A program made the position numbers and the translations under genes. A model generated the notes under the pieces. That model ran no database searches. It was not told the origin of the DNA and saw only the letters and a program-made list of their open reading frames with translations. A stretch of 64,000 nt of DNA from an uncultured Thermoplasmata archaeon (GTDB lineage: Archaea > Thermoplasmatota > Thermoplasmata > Halarchaeoplasmatales > Halarchaeoplasmataceae): the NCBI GenBank assembly GCA_964458595.1, contig CAYWJQ010000003.1, forward strand, positions 123,116-187,115, written 5' to 3'. Below, in pieces: positions 32,508 to 41,829 of the stretch (position 1 is its first letter; the number at the start of each line of letters is the position of its first letter).

Positions 32508-32879
32508 TTATATCCCGTCTAATATCAAGTGGGACATATATCCGGTCAAAAAGAAGTATAGAATACTGCTCACTAGATCAGGTCTTTTCAATAATAAAAG
32601 CAGTGAAAGAAACCAAAATAGCAGCATCAGAAAAAATAGCGTCCTGCTGTGGGCGAAGGACCTGTGATATCTAGTGAATGGCGGATCGAGTATATCCGGT
32701 AAAATCCCTCCGAGGATAGAAGATCCTACCATAGATAAGAACATATAGACTCTCATAGAAAGGAGAATTTGGATAAGTCCCTGAAGATTAATCAAAGATC
32801 TAAAAGTTAAAATTCTGTAGAGGAAAAAAGCAAGAACCCCGAAGATCACAGCCCCTAAAACATGTGATTTTTTCCTCAT
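32508..32879 (-). CDS. Membrane-bound metal-dependent hydrolase (YdjM-like)
   Basis: N-terminal SH, LPDILDP, HRSFAHS and GYMSHLILD motifs, with TM helices. Confidence 0.85.
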   Translation of the reverse strand: MRKKSHVLGAVIFGVLAFFLYRILTFRSLINLQGLIQILLSMRVYMFLSMVGSSILGGILPDILDPPFTRYHRSFAHSRTLFFLMLLFWFLSLLLLLKRPDLVSSILYFFLTGYMSHLILDGI

Positions 32880-32992
32880 GTATCTTTCGCCATCTCTGCA
32901 TATATAATTAATATATAAATTGATAACATGGAGGGGTAGATGAAAATGGAAAAATATTATTTAAGAACTATCAGTATGGGGAACGGAGTAAT

Positions 32993-34132
32993 ATGAAGGA
33001 GAACGATTCACCCGATGAAGATGAGTTCACGGTCACTCCTTGGGAAGTCGAAGGAGATATAGATTATGAAAGGCTGATAGAGAAATTCGGAACAGATGAA
33101 GTCGATCAAGAACTGTTGAAAAGGATAGAGGAGATCGCCGGCAGTACGCATTTCATGCTTAGGAGAGGCATTTTTTATTCTCACCGTGACTTGGATTGGA
33201 TTCTCGATAGATACGAAGAAGGAAAAAAATTCGCATTATATACTGGTAGAGGCCCCTCAGGGCATACCCACGTTGGTCATCTCATGCCCTGGATATTTGC
33301 TAAATGGATGCAGGATAAGTTCGATGTAGAAATGTATTTTCAATTGACGGACGATGAAAAGTTTCTATTCGAATTTGACAATACATTAGAAAAGACGCAC
33401 TCATATGCCTTGGAAAACGCTAAAGATATAATAGCTCTAGGTTTCGATCCTGAAAAAACTCACATCATCATAGACACTGATCATATAGATAAGCTGTATC
33501 CGTTGGCTTTAAAGGCTGGCAAAAGATTGAATTTTTCTAACGTTAAGGCGGTATTCGGATTCGATAATTCCACCAATGTCGGAAGTATTTTTTATACCGC
33601 TATACAGTCCGCCCCCTGCTTTCTCCCGAGTGAGGTGAAAGATGGAGATGTACCGGTTTTGATTCCCTGCGGGATAGATCAAGACCCTCATTTCAGATTG
33701 ACGAGAGATATAGCGGAGACCATAGGTTATCTAAAGCCCGCTCTTTTACACAACAAATTGGCCCCATCTTTAGACGGATCGGGAAAGATGTCAGCGAGTC
33801 AGCCCAAAACTACTATATTTACCACTGATAGTTCTGAAGATGTGGACGAGAAGATAAACGAGGCTTTTACGGGCGGTCGAGTATCGGCCTCCGAGCAAAG
33901 AGAAAAAGGTGGTAATCCAGATATCTGTGCGATACAGAATTACAGATATTACATATTTGAAAGCGATGACGAAAAGGTGGATGAGATCGACAAAAAGTGC
34001 AGACAAGGAGATATCCTATGCGGAGAGTGTAAGGGTCTTCTCAAGGAAAATATAAATGAATTCTTGAGGGAGCACCAAAAGAGGAGAGAGAAGGCCGAGG
34101 ATAAGATAGATGAATTTATATTAGATGAGTAG
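32993..34132 (+). CDS. trpS: Tryptophanyl-tRNA synthetase (archaeal/eukaryote type)
   Basis: VTPWEV, YTGRGPS, HVGH, TDDEKF, IDQDPHFR and KMSAS motifs. Confidence 0.97.
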   Translation: MKENDSPDEDEFTVTPWEVEGDIDYERLIEKFGTDEVDQELLKRIEEIAGSTHFMLRRGIFYSHRDLDWILDRYEEGKKFALYTGRGPSGHTHVGHLMPWIFAKWMQDKFDVEMYFQLTDDEKFLFEFDNTLEKTHSYALENAKDIIALGFDPEKTHIIIDTDHIDKLYPLALKAGKRLNFSNVKAVFGFDNSTNVGSIFYTAIQSAPCFLPSEVKDGDVPVLIPCGIDQDPHFRLTRDIAETIGYLKPALLHNKLAPSLDGSGKMSASQPKTTIFTTDSSEDVDEKINEAFTGGRVSASEQREKGGNPDICAIQNYRYYIFESDDEKVDEIDKKCRQGDILCGECKGLLKENINEFLREHQKRREKAEDKIDEFILDE

Positions 34133-34273
34133 TTTATGACACTTCAGATTAGCATATGATCCTTCACGCATTTTGGCCCGTTGAAAAATCTATAAATAGG
34201 GGGACCCATTTTAGCCGTGTTTACGTGGTCATCGAAATGACTTGGAGATTTCCTCTAACACAGGTGGATCGCT

Positions 34274-37200
34274 ATGAATTCTAGTTTGCTTGGAAAGCTG
34301 ACATCGGGAAAGGAGAACCCCTCCTCCAGCCCTTCGTGGCTAGAGAAACACTGGGATACCACAGCATGTCTGTTAGGTATCTTCGTAGTTGCATTGATAA
34401 TCCGTTCGTACTTCGCCTATGAAGCGGCTACAAAGTTCGGATTACCTTATCTCTTAGGAGGAGGAGCCGACTCATATTACAATGCTAGAATAATCAATTA
34501 TATCGCAGAGACTCACCACCATCTTTTTACTGATCCATTGAGAGGATATCCCTTACCAGGGTTAAAAAATACTCGTCCCCCGCTCTATCAATGGTCGGTC
34601 GTGTTAGGAGGATATCTTCTATCTCCTTTTGTAGGTAGCCTGGAAAAAGCGATAAACATTTCATTCATTTTCTCATCTGCCTTCTGGAGTGCGATGACCG
34701 TTTTCCCCGTTTATCTGATAGGGAAGAAAACGTTCGGAAAGAAGGCAGGAATAGCTGCAGCACTGATGTTGACTCTCAGCGCAGCTCATCTTGGAAGAGG
34801 TGTTTTGACCAACACCAACCACGACGCCTTTTCGATGTTCTGGATCGTTACCGGTTTCTTTTTCTTCATGCGCTCTCTTGAAGAGATAAGGAGCGAAGAA
34901 AAGTGGGTTTCAGACTGGATGAAAGTCGAAGAGATCAAGAAGGGATTAGCAAAATTTTTCGGGAGCAACAGAAGAGCTCTCTTATACTCGGCAATGACGG
35001 GTATGGTGCTCGGGGCTCTAGCCTTAACCTGGAAAGGTTATTCCTACGCCCTTGTGATCATATTGGTCTACTTTTTGGTACAGATTGTTATCGATAAATT
35101 CAGAAAGAAAGATTCTCTCGGTATAACGGTAGCGATTTTCGTAATGATGATGATCGCATTCTTTGTGGCCTTACCATGGTATGCTAAAACGAGCGGTGGT
35201 TTTGCCCTGTTAGAAAAATTCACCACTTTAATCCAATGGCCACTTGGAAGGTATTATCAAATTCCTTTCGTGATATTCCTAGGAACTTTCGCTATCGGTG
35301 CTTATTTTTCAGTCACCCGAGACCTTCCTTGGGTGTTGACTTTTTCGATCCTTATCTTGGCAGGAGTACTATTTTTTACTTTGGGACCCAACGTTATCAG
35401 AAATGCAGCCTCTCAATACTTCATCCAGAATAAATTATATTCGACGATCGCAGAGGCTCAAGCACCCTCGTTCAGTCGCTTGGTTTTGTCGACAGGTCTC
35501 GTGACATCCTTCCTTTCCTTTATAGCCATCCCTCTCGCCGGATGGCATCTCAAGAAAACTTGGCGGAGGTCATTTTTGTTCGTATTAGTTTGGCTTACAT
35601 TTGCTATCTATATGGCTACAACCGCTACCAGATTCATATTCAATGCCGCTCCGGCTTTTGCTCTAACGTCGGGATGGATGATCGCCTTGATGTTCGATAA
35701 AGCTAACTTCTCCAGCGTGGTAAGAGGTTTCAAAAGTCATAGAGGCAACGTTATAAGAGGTATCCGCGAGGGTGTGAAGATAAAACATGTTTTGGTAACT
35801 CTTTTCGTTGTTTTCTTGATACTAACCCCCAATGCTTTGTATGCCATAGACGCGGGCATTCCTTTCCAAGAGAAGCAGAAGTACAATGAACAGGTCTATA
35901 GAGTCCTACCTCAACAACTGAGGCCGGACGATTATGATCCAGATAAAGGTGGTCTACATTATCTGGGTGCTTTCGGCTACAGTATGGATAGACCGACTCA
36001 ATATTGGCCGGGAGCTTGGGATTGGTTCAGCCAACAAGACGATGAGGTACCGCCCAAAGAGAGGCCTGCGTTCGTGAGTTGGTGGGACTATGGATTCGAA
36101 TGCATTAATCGAGGAAAACATCCCACCGTAGCTGACAACTTTCAGCACGGTTATAGGTTCACTGGTAACGTTTTGATGTCTCAAAACGAATCTGAGATGA
36201 TGGCATTACTGGTAGGAAGACAATTACAATTGCCTTATCGCCAGGAAGGAGCGTTCGAAGGAAAGGTCCGCGCCATCTTGGTGGATCATATAGGGAAAAA
36301 GAAAACGGAAAAACTGGAAAATATCTATGAACATCCGAATACCTATAAAGATGAGGTACTATCTAACCCGGATAGATATCATCCCAGGGCCAAAGACATA
36401 GGCAGGAGAAACGTTATGTGGGCGATGGTCATGGGCACTTTATCTTATGAAGATCTGAAAACATTGAACTCTCTTTACAGAGATATAAGTTACAATTCAG
36501 GTTATGAGAGACTCGAAAATAGAATGGGATATATAGCTGTAGATTCAAGGATGTTCCCGACCTCTGGCAGAGATACAGGCATTTTCCACGCCCCAGCTTA
36601 TCTTTCTGGCCATCGTATGAAAACCGTTGGTCGTACTAGAGCTCCCGTGGACTTTTATTCTTTCGAATTCATCGATGCTCGAGGGCGGGCATATGATGAT
36701 CCCGAAGAAGTTCCAGAAGGCGCTAGAATAACAAGACAAAGGATAAAATACAAGCAGATGTTCTTCAATACTGCGTTGTACAGGATCTTCGCAGGATTTG
36801 GAAAACATGAAGTGGGGGAAGGTGAAAAGGGCATACCAGGCTTGTCTAGAACTAGAGGAAGAAGACGGCCGCTCAAACCCATGCCGAGCTGGAATATGAC
36901 CCATTTCAAGACCGATTATAGAACTGCATATTTCAATCCTTATCCGAACAAGAAGGTCCAGAATCATTCAGAGGCTTGGGAAGCGATAAGTTATGATAAA
37001 GGCATAGATCTTCAGGATAATAAGAATGTCACCGTAGATTTGAGCAGCAGGAGCTATATGAGGCAAGGAGTGATATTCGTCCGATACTACGACGGCGCTA
37101 TCTTGAAAGGCCAGGTCGAAACGGAAGGCGGAGAACCGATCCCTAATGCAAAGGTGACCGTATATGACACCTCCGGAAATAGATATACACCACATCATGT

Positions 37201-40200
37201 CACCACTACTGATAGCCAGGGAAATTATAGAGCTATACTTCCACCTGGAAATGTAACCGTATTGGCGTCCACTGGCGGTGGTGGAAGAGAAATGCTGAAG
37301 AAGGAGCAGACCCTTCTAGGCAATGAACAGTACGAGATATCGGAGGAACAAGCATTAAGAAGACGGATCGATAGAAACGGAGACGGTCGCTGGGATTATA
37401 AACTTCAGAAGGACTTTGAAGTCAAACCGGGAAAAATATCAGGCAAAGTGTTTTTAGATAGAGGTGACGATGGGTCCTTCGATAAAACTAACGATACACT
37501 TTATCAGGAGAATGGTAAAGTCAAAATCAAAAATAAACAGAGTGATATCAAATATACGACTACGGTGCAGAATGGGACTTATGAATTTTCCAATGTAGTT
37601 CCGGGCAATTATACTGTCAATAGTTCGATCCCGGGAAGTCCTAATGCGAGGGAGATTCTCCTTAAACCCGACGCAGAAAAATCGAAAGATATACCTCTTT
37701 CCGTCGGAAAGATAGGAGGCAATATCACTTACGGCGGAGAGGTGGAGAAAGGTGAAATAACGCTGTCGATCGAGGGTACAGATAAAAAGAAACAATTGAA
37801 TCTTGGCGAGACCGATAGTTTCGAATTCTTAGATCTCCCATTCGGAAAACACACTTTAAGTATAGAAGATGAAGGATACGCTCTCAGATATGGTCCATCG
37901 GGATACAATATACAGGATACAAAAAAGATCAATAGGAATCTGCAAGTGGTGAAAGCTTACCGATTAGAGGGTCGAGTGACAAAAGAGGGCGAACCGCTTA
38001 CTGATCAGAAACTTACCGTATTAGGAAAGAGATATGATAGAGTGATCACGACCGATCAGGATGGTCAATTTAGTATAAAAGTACCTAAGGGCAGATATCA
38101 AATATACGGCATCAATAGAGAGGGGGAAGATGTCTACGTCACTTTAGATGATGTCACAGTAGATTCCTCCACCAATTACCACGGCAAATTCGAAAAGGGT
38201 TATAGATTGACTGGCAGCGCGGTGCATAAAGGCGAGGCACTCAACAGAGGTGAGTTATTCATAAGGGGTAGAACAGGTGAAGAGTACTATATCACTACTA
38301 ATCCGCAGGGAAGATTCAAAGTCTATCTTCCTAAAGGATTTTACGAGCTTTATGGTTGGAAGAAATTCGGTTTCCGTCAACCTAATAGAAATACAAAATT
38401 TTACTGGGAGGATATAACGCTAGATAGTGATACGGAAGTCAAATTGGATTCCTCAAACGCATCTTTAGAGGAGGGCAAAGTTATCCGGGATATCCACAAT
38501 TCTGAAGAAGAAGGTGAAGGAATATTCACTGATATACATATATCATGTGGAGGAAGAACTTTCACGACGAGCACCACCATAGATGGTAATTATTCCTTAT
38601 ATTTACCCAACCAAAGATGCACATTCACTATAGATAAGGAAGGTTATCATAAAAAAGTCTTGACAGTGAATCCTGTAAGAGATGTTCAAGAGGATATCTA
38701 TCTTAATGCGAAAAATGTCTCCGTAGAAGGAGATATAGACTTCGATAGAGAGTCCGTGGGTAAATTAACTCTCAGGTTCGTACCTGAAGACGGCGGAGCT
38801 GTCGCTAAAGAGATAACTGTAGATGGTAATGAGTACAGCGTAGATCTCCAGCCGGGCGATTACAAGATAGTTAGTGATCACTTCCTAGAAGATTCTAACG
38901 CTAAATATGAGATATCAGATTCGATATCTATCGAACCTGGGGAAGAAAATATTCAGAACGATCTTTCCGCCCGATATAGAGTGAAAGTTCAGGGCGATAT
39001 TGAGATTTTAGATGCAGATGAATCTCCCACGGCAAATATCTACTTCCAAGGTCTAGAAGATGAGATGATCACTGCTAATGGTTCTTACGCGACATACTTG
39101 ATCCCTGGAAATTATTCCGTGAGAGCTGTACACCCAAGAGGTCATCGCTCGGTACAGAAAAAAGTTAAAGTCGAAGGGCTTACGAGTACTGATTTCACAC
39201 TGGAAGAGACCTATTCGGTAGATGCAAAATTAAAGGGACTTCGAAAACCAGGTATTCCAGTCTATTTCAGAAATAAAGAAACGGGTTTCGTCATCAAAAC
39301 ACTCAGCGGTGTTGACGGCGAATTGAATCTCAATATAACCTCTGGAAATTATGAGATAACAGTTAATCACGTGATAGAAGAACAGGTCAGAGGAGTCAAA
39401 AGGAAGGTTAAATATCACCTTACCGAGCAGCATTCTACTCCTATTTCAGGTATGTTGGAATTAGAGAAGAAGGTCCTACATTCAACACTAAGGGGCGAGG
39501 TTAAATTGGAAGGTAGTTATATAAGCGGCGCGGATATCGAAATAAAGTCCGACGATAAAGTTTTCGATGTCCAGTCTAACGAAAACGGAAAATACAGCAT
39601 AGACGAAGTGATACAAGGTCGATATACTGTATACGCTTCTTATCAAGCCCAAGGAGAAACCTACACTTACTTCGAGAGTTTCAAGATGCCCGCTGAAAAT
39701 AAGTCCATGGATATCACCCTAGAAAAATCCCACATACTCTCCGGGAAAGTTACCTTAGACGGTAAAGGGATCCAGACCGGACTTAAAGTAGTAAAGGGCT
39801 CCGCTAGAAAACAATTCGATACTTCACAGGACGGAACTTTCAGAATCGAACTGCCCAAGGGGAGATATTCCATAACTGCAAGCGAAACGAGAGAGATGAA
39901 ATACGGGACGACCGAATTCCAGTATTCGGCTAGTTTTGAACTCAACCACGACGAGTCAAGAAATATCCAACTCAAGAAGGTCAAAGAATATGGTATAAAG
40001 GCGGAAGGACTAGAGACCAAACAAGCATCTCAGGGCGAGGTCATAGAGTATACCGTTCAGATATCGAATACCGGGAATACACCCGACGAATACGGATTAT
40101 CGGCTGAAAAGTCGAAATGGGATATAGATTTCACCCCTCAAAATATTTCCCTGCAGCCGAATGAAAAGGCTGAAGTCAACATCAGGGTAAAAGTTGGAGA

Positions 40201-40780
40201 GAACGCTACAGTTGGGGAAACCGTCAAATTCACCGTTACTTCACACAATTCTGATAAAAAAGTCAAAAAAGAGATTCCGATCAATATAAAGCAGATACAC
40301 AGAGTTGACCTCTATTCTGAAGCCCAGGACAAGAAATATGGGAACGGCAAGTTCACTTATTCTGTGAAGATTAAGAACGGAGGAAACGGACAGGATTCTT
40401 ATCAAATCGAAGTCGCGAATAGAAAAACGTTGAAAAGTAGTGGTTGGAATGTAACCGTTCCAAATAAAGTAGAAGATGTCGGTGCCCATAAAGAGAAATC
40501 TGTCGAAGTGAAATTACGATCAATTTCATCCAAACCGAAGAGATCAGTCAAGTTAGAACTGATGGTGGTCTCGGAAGGAGATAGCACGAGAAAAGATACG
40601 GAAACATTTACCACTACTCTACCGGAGATCACCGGAGATAGAAACAAAGTAGGCTTTTCAGGGACCAAGATGGTATTGGAAAAACAGCCCTTCAAATTAT
40701 CTAACTGGCATTGGGGCGGGATAGTCATTTTGGTTGCGATTGTAGCCCTATATGTGATGAAGAAAAAGAGGTGGCTCTGA
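34274..40780 (+). CDS. aglB: Giant AglB/STT3 oligosaccharyltransferase with many CarboxypepD_reg/Ig-like repeats and a C-terminal TM anchor
   Basis: Multi-pass TM N-terminal half with DSYY, TIAE, WWDYG (36080-36094) and ADNF; then about 1200 aa of G.V...G.P..A.V...TTD..G.Y / PG.Y repeats, N.GN..D.Y domains and TM+KKKRWL. Confidence 0.88.
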   Translation: MNSSLLGKLTSGKENPSSSPSWLEKHWDTTACLLGIFVVALIIRSYFAYEAATKFGLPYLLGGGADSYYNARIINYIAETHHHLFTDPLRGYPLPGLKNTRPPLYQWSVVLGGYLLSPFVGSLEKAINISFIFSSAFWSAMTVFPVYLIGKKTFGKKAGIAAALMLTLSAAHLGRGVLTNTNHDAFSMFWIVTGFFFFMRSLEEIRSEEKWVSDWMKVEEIKKGLAKFFGSNRRALLYSAMTGMVLGALALTWKGYSYALVIILVYFLVQIVIDKFRKKDSLGITVAIFVMMMIAFFVALPWYAKTSGGFALLEKFTTLIQWPLGRYYQIPFVIFLGTFAIGAYFSVTRDLPWVLTFSILILAGVLFFTLGPNVIRNAASQYFIQNKLYSTIAEAQAPSFSRLVLSTGLVTSFLSFIAIPLAGWHLKKTWRRSFLFVLVWLTFAIYMATTATRFIFNAAPAFALTSGWMIALMFDKANFSSVVRGFKSHRGNVIRGIREGVKIKHVLVTLFVVFLILTPNALYAIDAGIPFQEKQKYNEQVYRVLPQQLRPDDYDPDKGGLHYLGAFGYSMDRPTQYWPGAWDWFSQQDDEVPPKERPAFVSWWDYGFECINRGKHPTVADNFQHGYRFTGNVLMSQNESEMMALLVGRQLQLPYRQEGAFEGKVRAILVDHIGKKKTEKLENIYEHPNTYKDEVLSNPDRYHPRAKDIGRRNVMWAMVMGTLSYEDLKTLNSLYRDISYNSGYERLENRMGYIAVDSRMFPTSGRDTGIFHAPAYLSGHRMKTVGRTRAPVDFYSFEFIDARGRAYDDPEEVPEGARITRQRIKYKQMFFNTALYRIFAGFGKHEVGEGEKGIPGLSRTRGRRRPLKPMPSWNMTHFKTDYRTAYFNPYPNKKVQNHSEAWEAISYDKGIDLQDNKNVTVDLSSRSYMRQGVIFVRYYDGAILKGQVETEGGEPIPNAKVTVYDTSGNRYTPHHVTTTDSQGNYRAILPPGNVTVLASTGGGGREMLKKEQTLLGNEQYEISEEQALRRRIDRNGDGRWDYKLQKDFEVKPGKISGKVFLDRGDDGSFDKTNDTLYQENGKVKIKNKQSDIKYTTTVQNGTYEFSNVVPGNYTVNSSIPGSPNAREILLKPDAEKSKDIPLSVGKIGGNITYGGEVEKGEITLSIEGTDKKKQLNLGETDSFEFLDLPFGKHTLSIEDEGYALRYGPSGYNIQDTKKINRNLQVVKAYRLEGRVTKEGEPLTDQKLTVLGKRYDRVITTDQDGQFSIKVPKGRYQIYGINREGEDVYVTLDDVTVDSSTNYHGKFEKGYRLTGSAVHKGEALNRGELFIRGRTGEEYYITTNPQGRFKVYLPKGFYELYGWKKFGFRQPNRNTKFYWEDITLDSDTEVKLDSSNASLEEGKVIRDIHNSEEEGEGIFTDIHISCGGRTFTTSTTIDGNYSLYLPNQRCTFTIDKEGYHKKVLTVNPVRDVQEDIYLNAKNVSVEGDIDFDRESVGKLTLRFVPEDGGAVAKEITVDGNEYSVDLQPGDYKIVSDHFLEDSNAKYEISDSISIEPGEENIQNDLSARYRVKVQGDIEILDADESPTANIYFQGLEDEMITANGSYATYLIPGNYSVRAVHPRGHRSVQKKVKVEGLTSTDFTLEETYSVDAKLKGLRKPGIPVYFRNKETGFVIKTLSGVDGELNLNITSGNYEITVNHVIEEQVRGVKRKVKYHLTEQHSTPISGMLELEKKVLHSTLRGEVKLEGSYISGADIEIKSDDKVFDVQSNENGKYSIDEVIQGRYTVYASYQAQGETYTYFESFKMPAENKSMDITLEKSHILSGKVTLDGKGIQTGLKVVKGSARKQFDTSQDGTFRIELPKGRYSITASETREMKYGTTEFQYSASFELNHDESRNIQLKKVKEYGIKAEGLETKQASQGEVIEYTVQISNTGNTPDEYGLSAEKSKWDIDFTPQNISLQPNEKAEVNIRVKVGENATVGETVKFTVTSHNSDKKVKKEIPINIKQIHRVDLYSEAQDKKYGNGKFTYSVKIKNGGNGQDSYQIEVANRKTLKSSGWNVTVPNKVEDVGAHKEKSVEVKLRSISSKPKRSVKLELMVVSEGDSTRKDTETFTTTLPEITGDRNKVGFSGTKMVLEKQPFKLSNWHWGGIVILVAIVALYVMKKKRWL

Positions 40781-41592
40781 TGAAGTGGAAAAAAACAACG
40801 ATATTCGTTATAGCGATAGTCTTTCTTATGGTTATCAGCGGTTTTTCGGGAATGCAAGTTACCAAAGGCGCGGAAAAAGACGATAGGATTAATCCATTAG
40901 TCGATGGACCTGAAGAAGTCTTTGTGAATGTCACTGAAGTTTATCAAGTCGAAATAAAGGGGGTATTCGAGGTAAACGGAAATATAGTGGATGTAGAGAA
41001 TGCTAACAACTGGACGCTCAAAACGGAGTCCAGTCTCGATGCTACGGTAAAACCGAAAGAACAGGAGTCCTCGACGAGTAACCACTTCACCGTTAACGTC
41101 ACAGTACACGAAGCAGGTAAAGGATATCTGAACATCACGGCATATTGTGGTAAAAAGGGAAAAGTCTCTTATTCTGAAAAACAGGTTAGAATCAAAGCTG
41201 AAAAGCCTCAAAAAACCACCGTTCCTATAAACAATCCAACGAATACCACGGTTGAAGAGATGAGATTAGGACTGTTCATAGACGGTAAAAGAAAGAGCAC
41301 TATAACGGTCACCGATTTAAAATCGGGAGAAGAAAAAACAGTCACATTCAAGTGGTCGAAGAGCGGCTTGAGTTCCGGCGAACATGATTTAGAAGTTTGG
41401 GTTGATTACGGCGTATCTGCTGATTCAAGTGGTTTTACTAAACAGGATCAAGTGATAGATAGTAACTTCCATGTAAAAGGGGAAACGAATACCCTTCTCT
41501 ATGGAGGTATAATAGCGGCTGTAATAGCTAGTGGTTTCGTAGTGTTCTTATTGTATCAACAAAGAAAAAGAAAACGACGGAGACCTTGGTGA
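40780..41592 (+). CDS. Secreted CARDB/Ig-like protein with a C-terminal TM anchor
   Basis: ATG overlaps the aglB stop (TGATG); signal peptide; DLKSGEEKTVTFKW...GEHDLEVWVD; TM+RKRKRRRPW. Confidence 0.8.
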   Translation: MKWKKTTIFVIAIVFLMVISGFSGMQVTKGAEKDDRINPLVDGPEEVFVNVTEVYQVEIKGVFEVNGNIVDVENANNWTLKTESSLDATVKPKEQESSTSNHFTVNVTVHEAGKGYLNITAYCGKKGKVSYSEKQVRIKAEKPQKTTVPINNPTNTTVEEMRLGLFIDGKRKSTITVTDLKSGEEKTVTFKWSKSGLSSGEHDLEVWVDYGVSADSSGFTKQDQVIDSNFHVKGETNTLLYGGIIAAVIASGFVVFLLYQQRKRKRRRPW

Positions 41593-41696
41593 ACTAAAAC
41601 CATTCCTTAATCTTTACAACTTATCGGTTTTTTTCGTGGCTTTTAATTCAATCGATATATGATAGAGAGAAAGATAGAATCGGATTTTTAATTATA

Positions 41697-41736
41697 GAGT
41701 AAGACGTAACTTTTTGGACTAAGTTCCGCCTTACTC
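41697..41736. terminator. Imperfect hairpin between convergent genes
   Basis: GAGTAAG..CG.AACTT / AAGTT.CG..CTTACTC. Confidence 0.3.
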
Positions 41737-41829
41737 CACTAGTAAAAGACACGATTAACCTCAGAAAGTTTTGTCTTTTACTATAAAAGATAATTTGAAG
41801 AAGTTTTAAATTTGGAAATTTTTCCTTCT

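Noticed and set aside
34215..34266. Hammerhead ribozyme in the aglB leader
   Set aside because: The three-way junction lacks the CUGANGA and GAAA core in the required positions.
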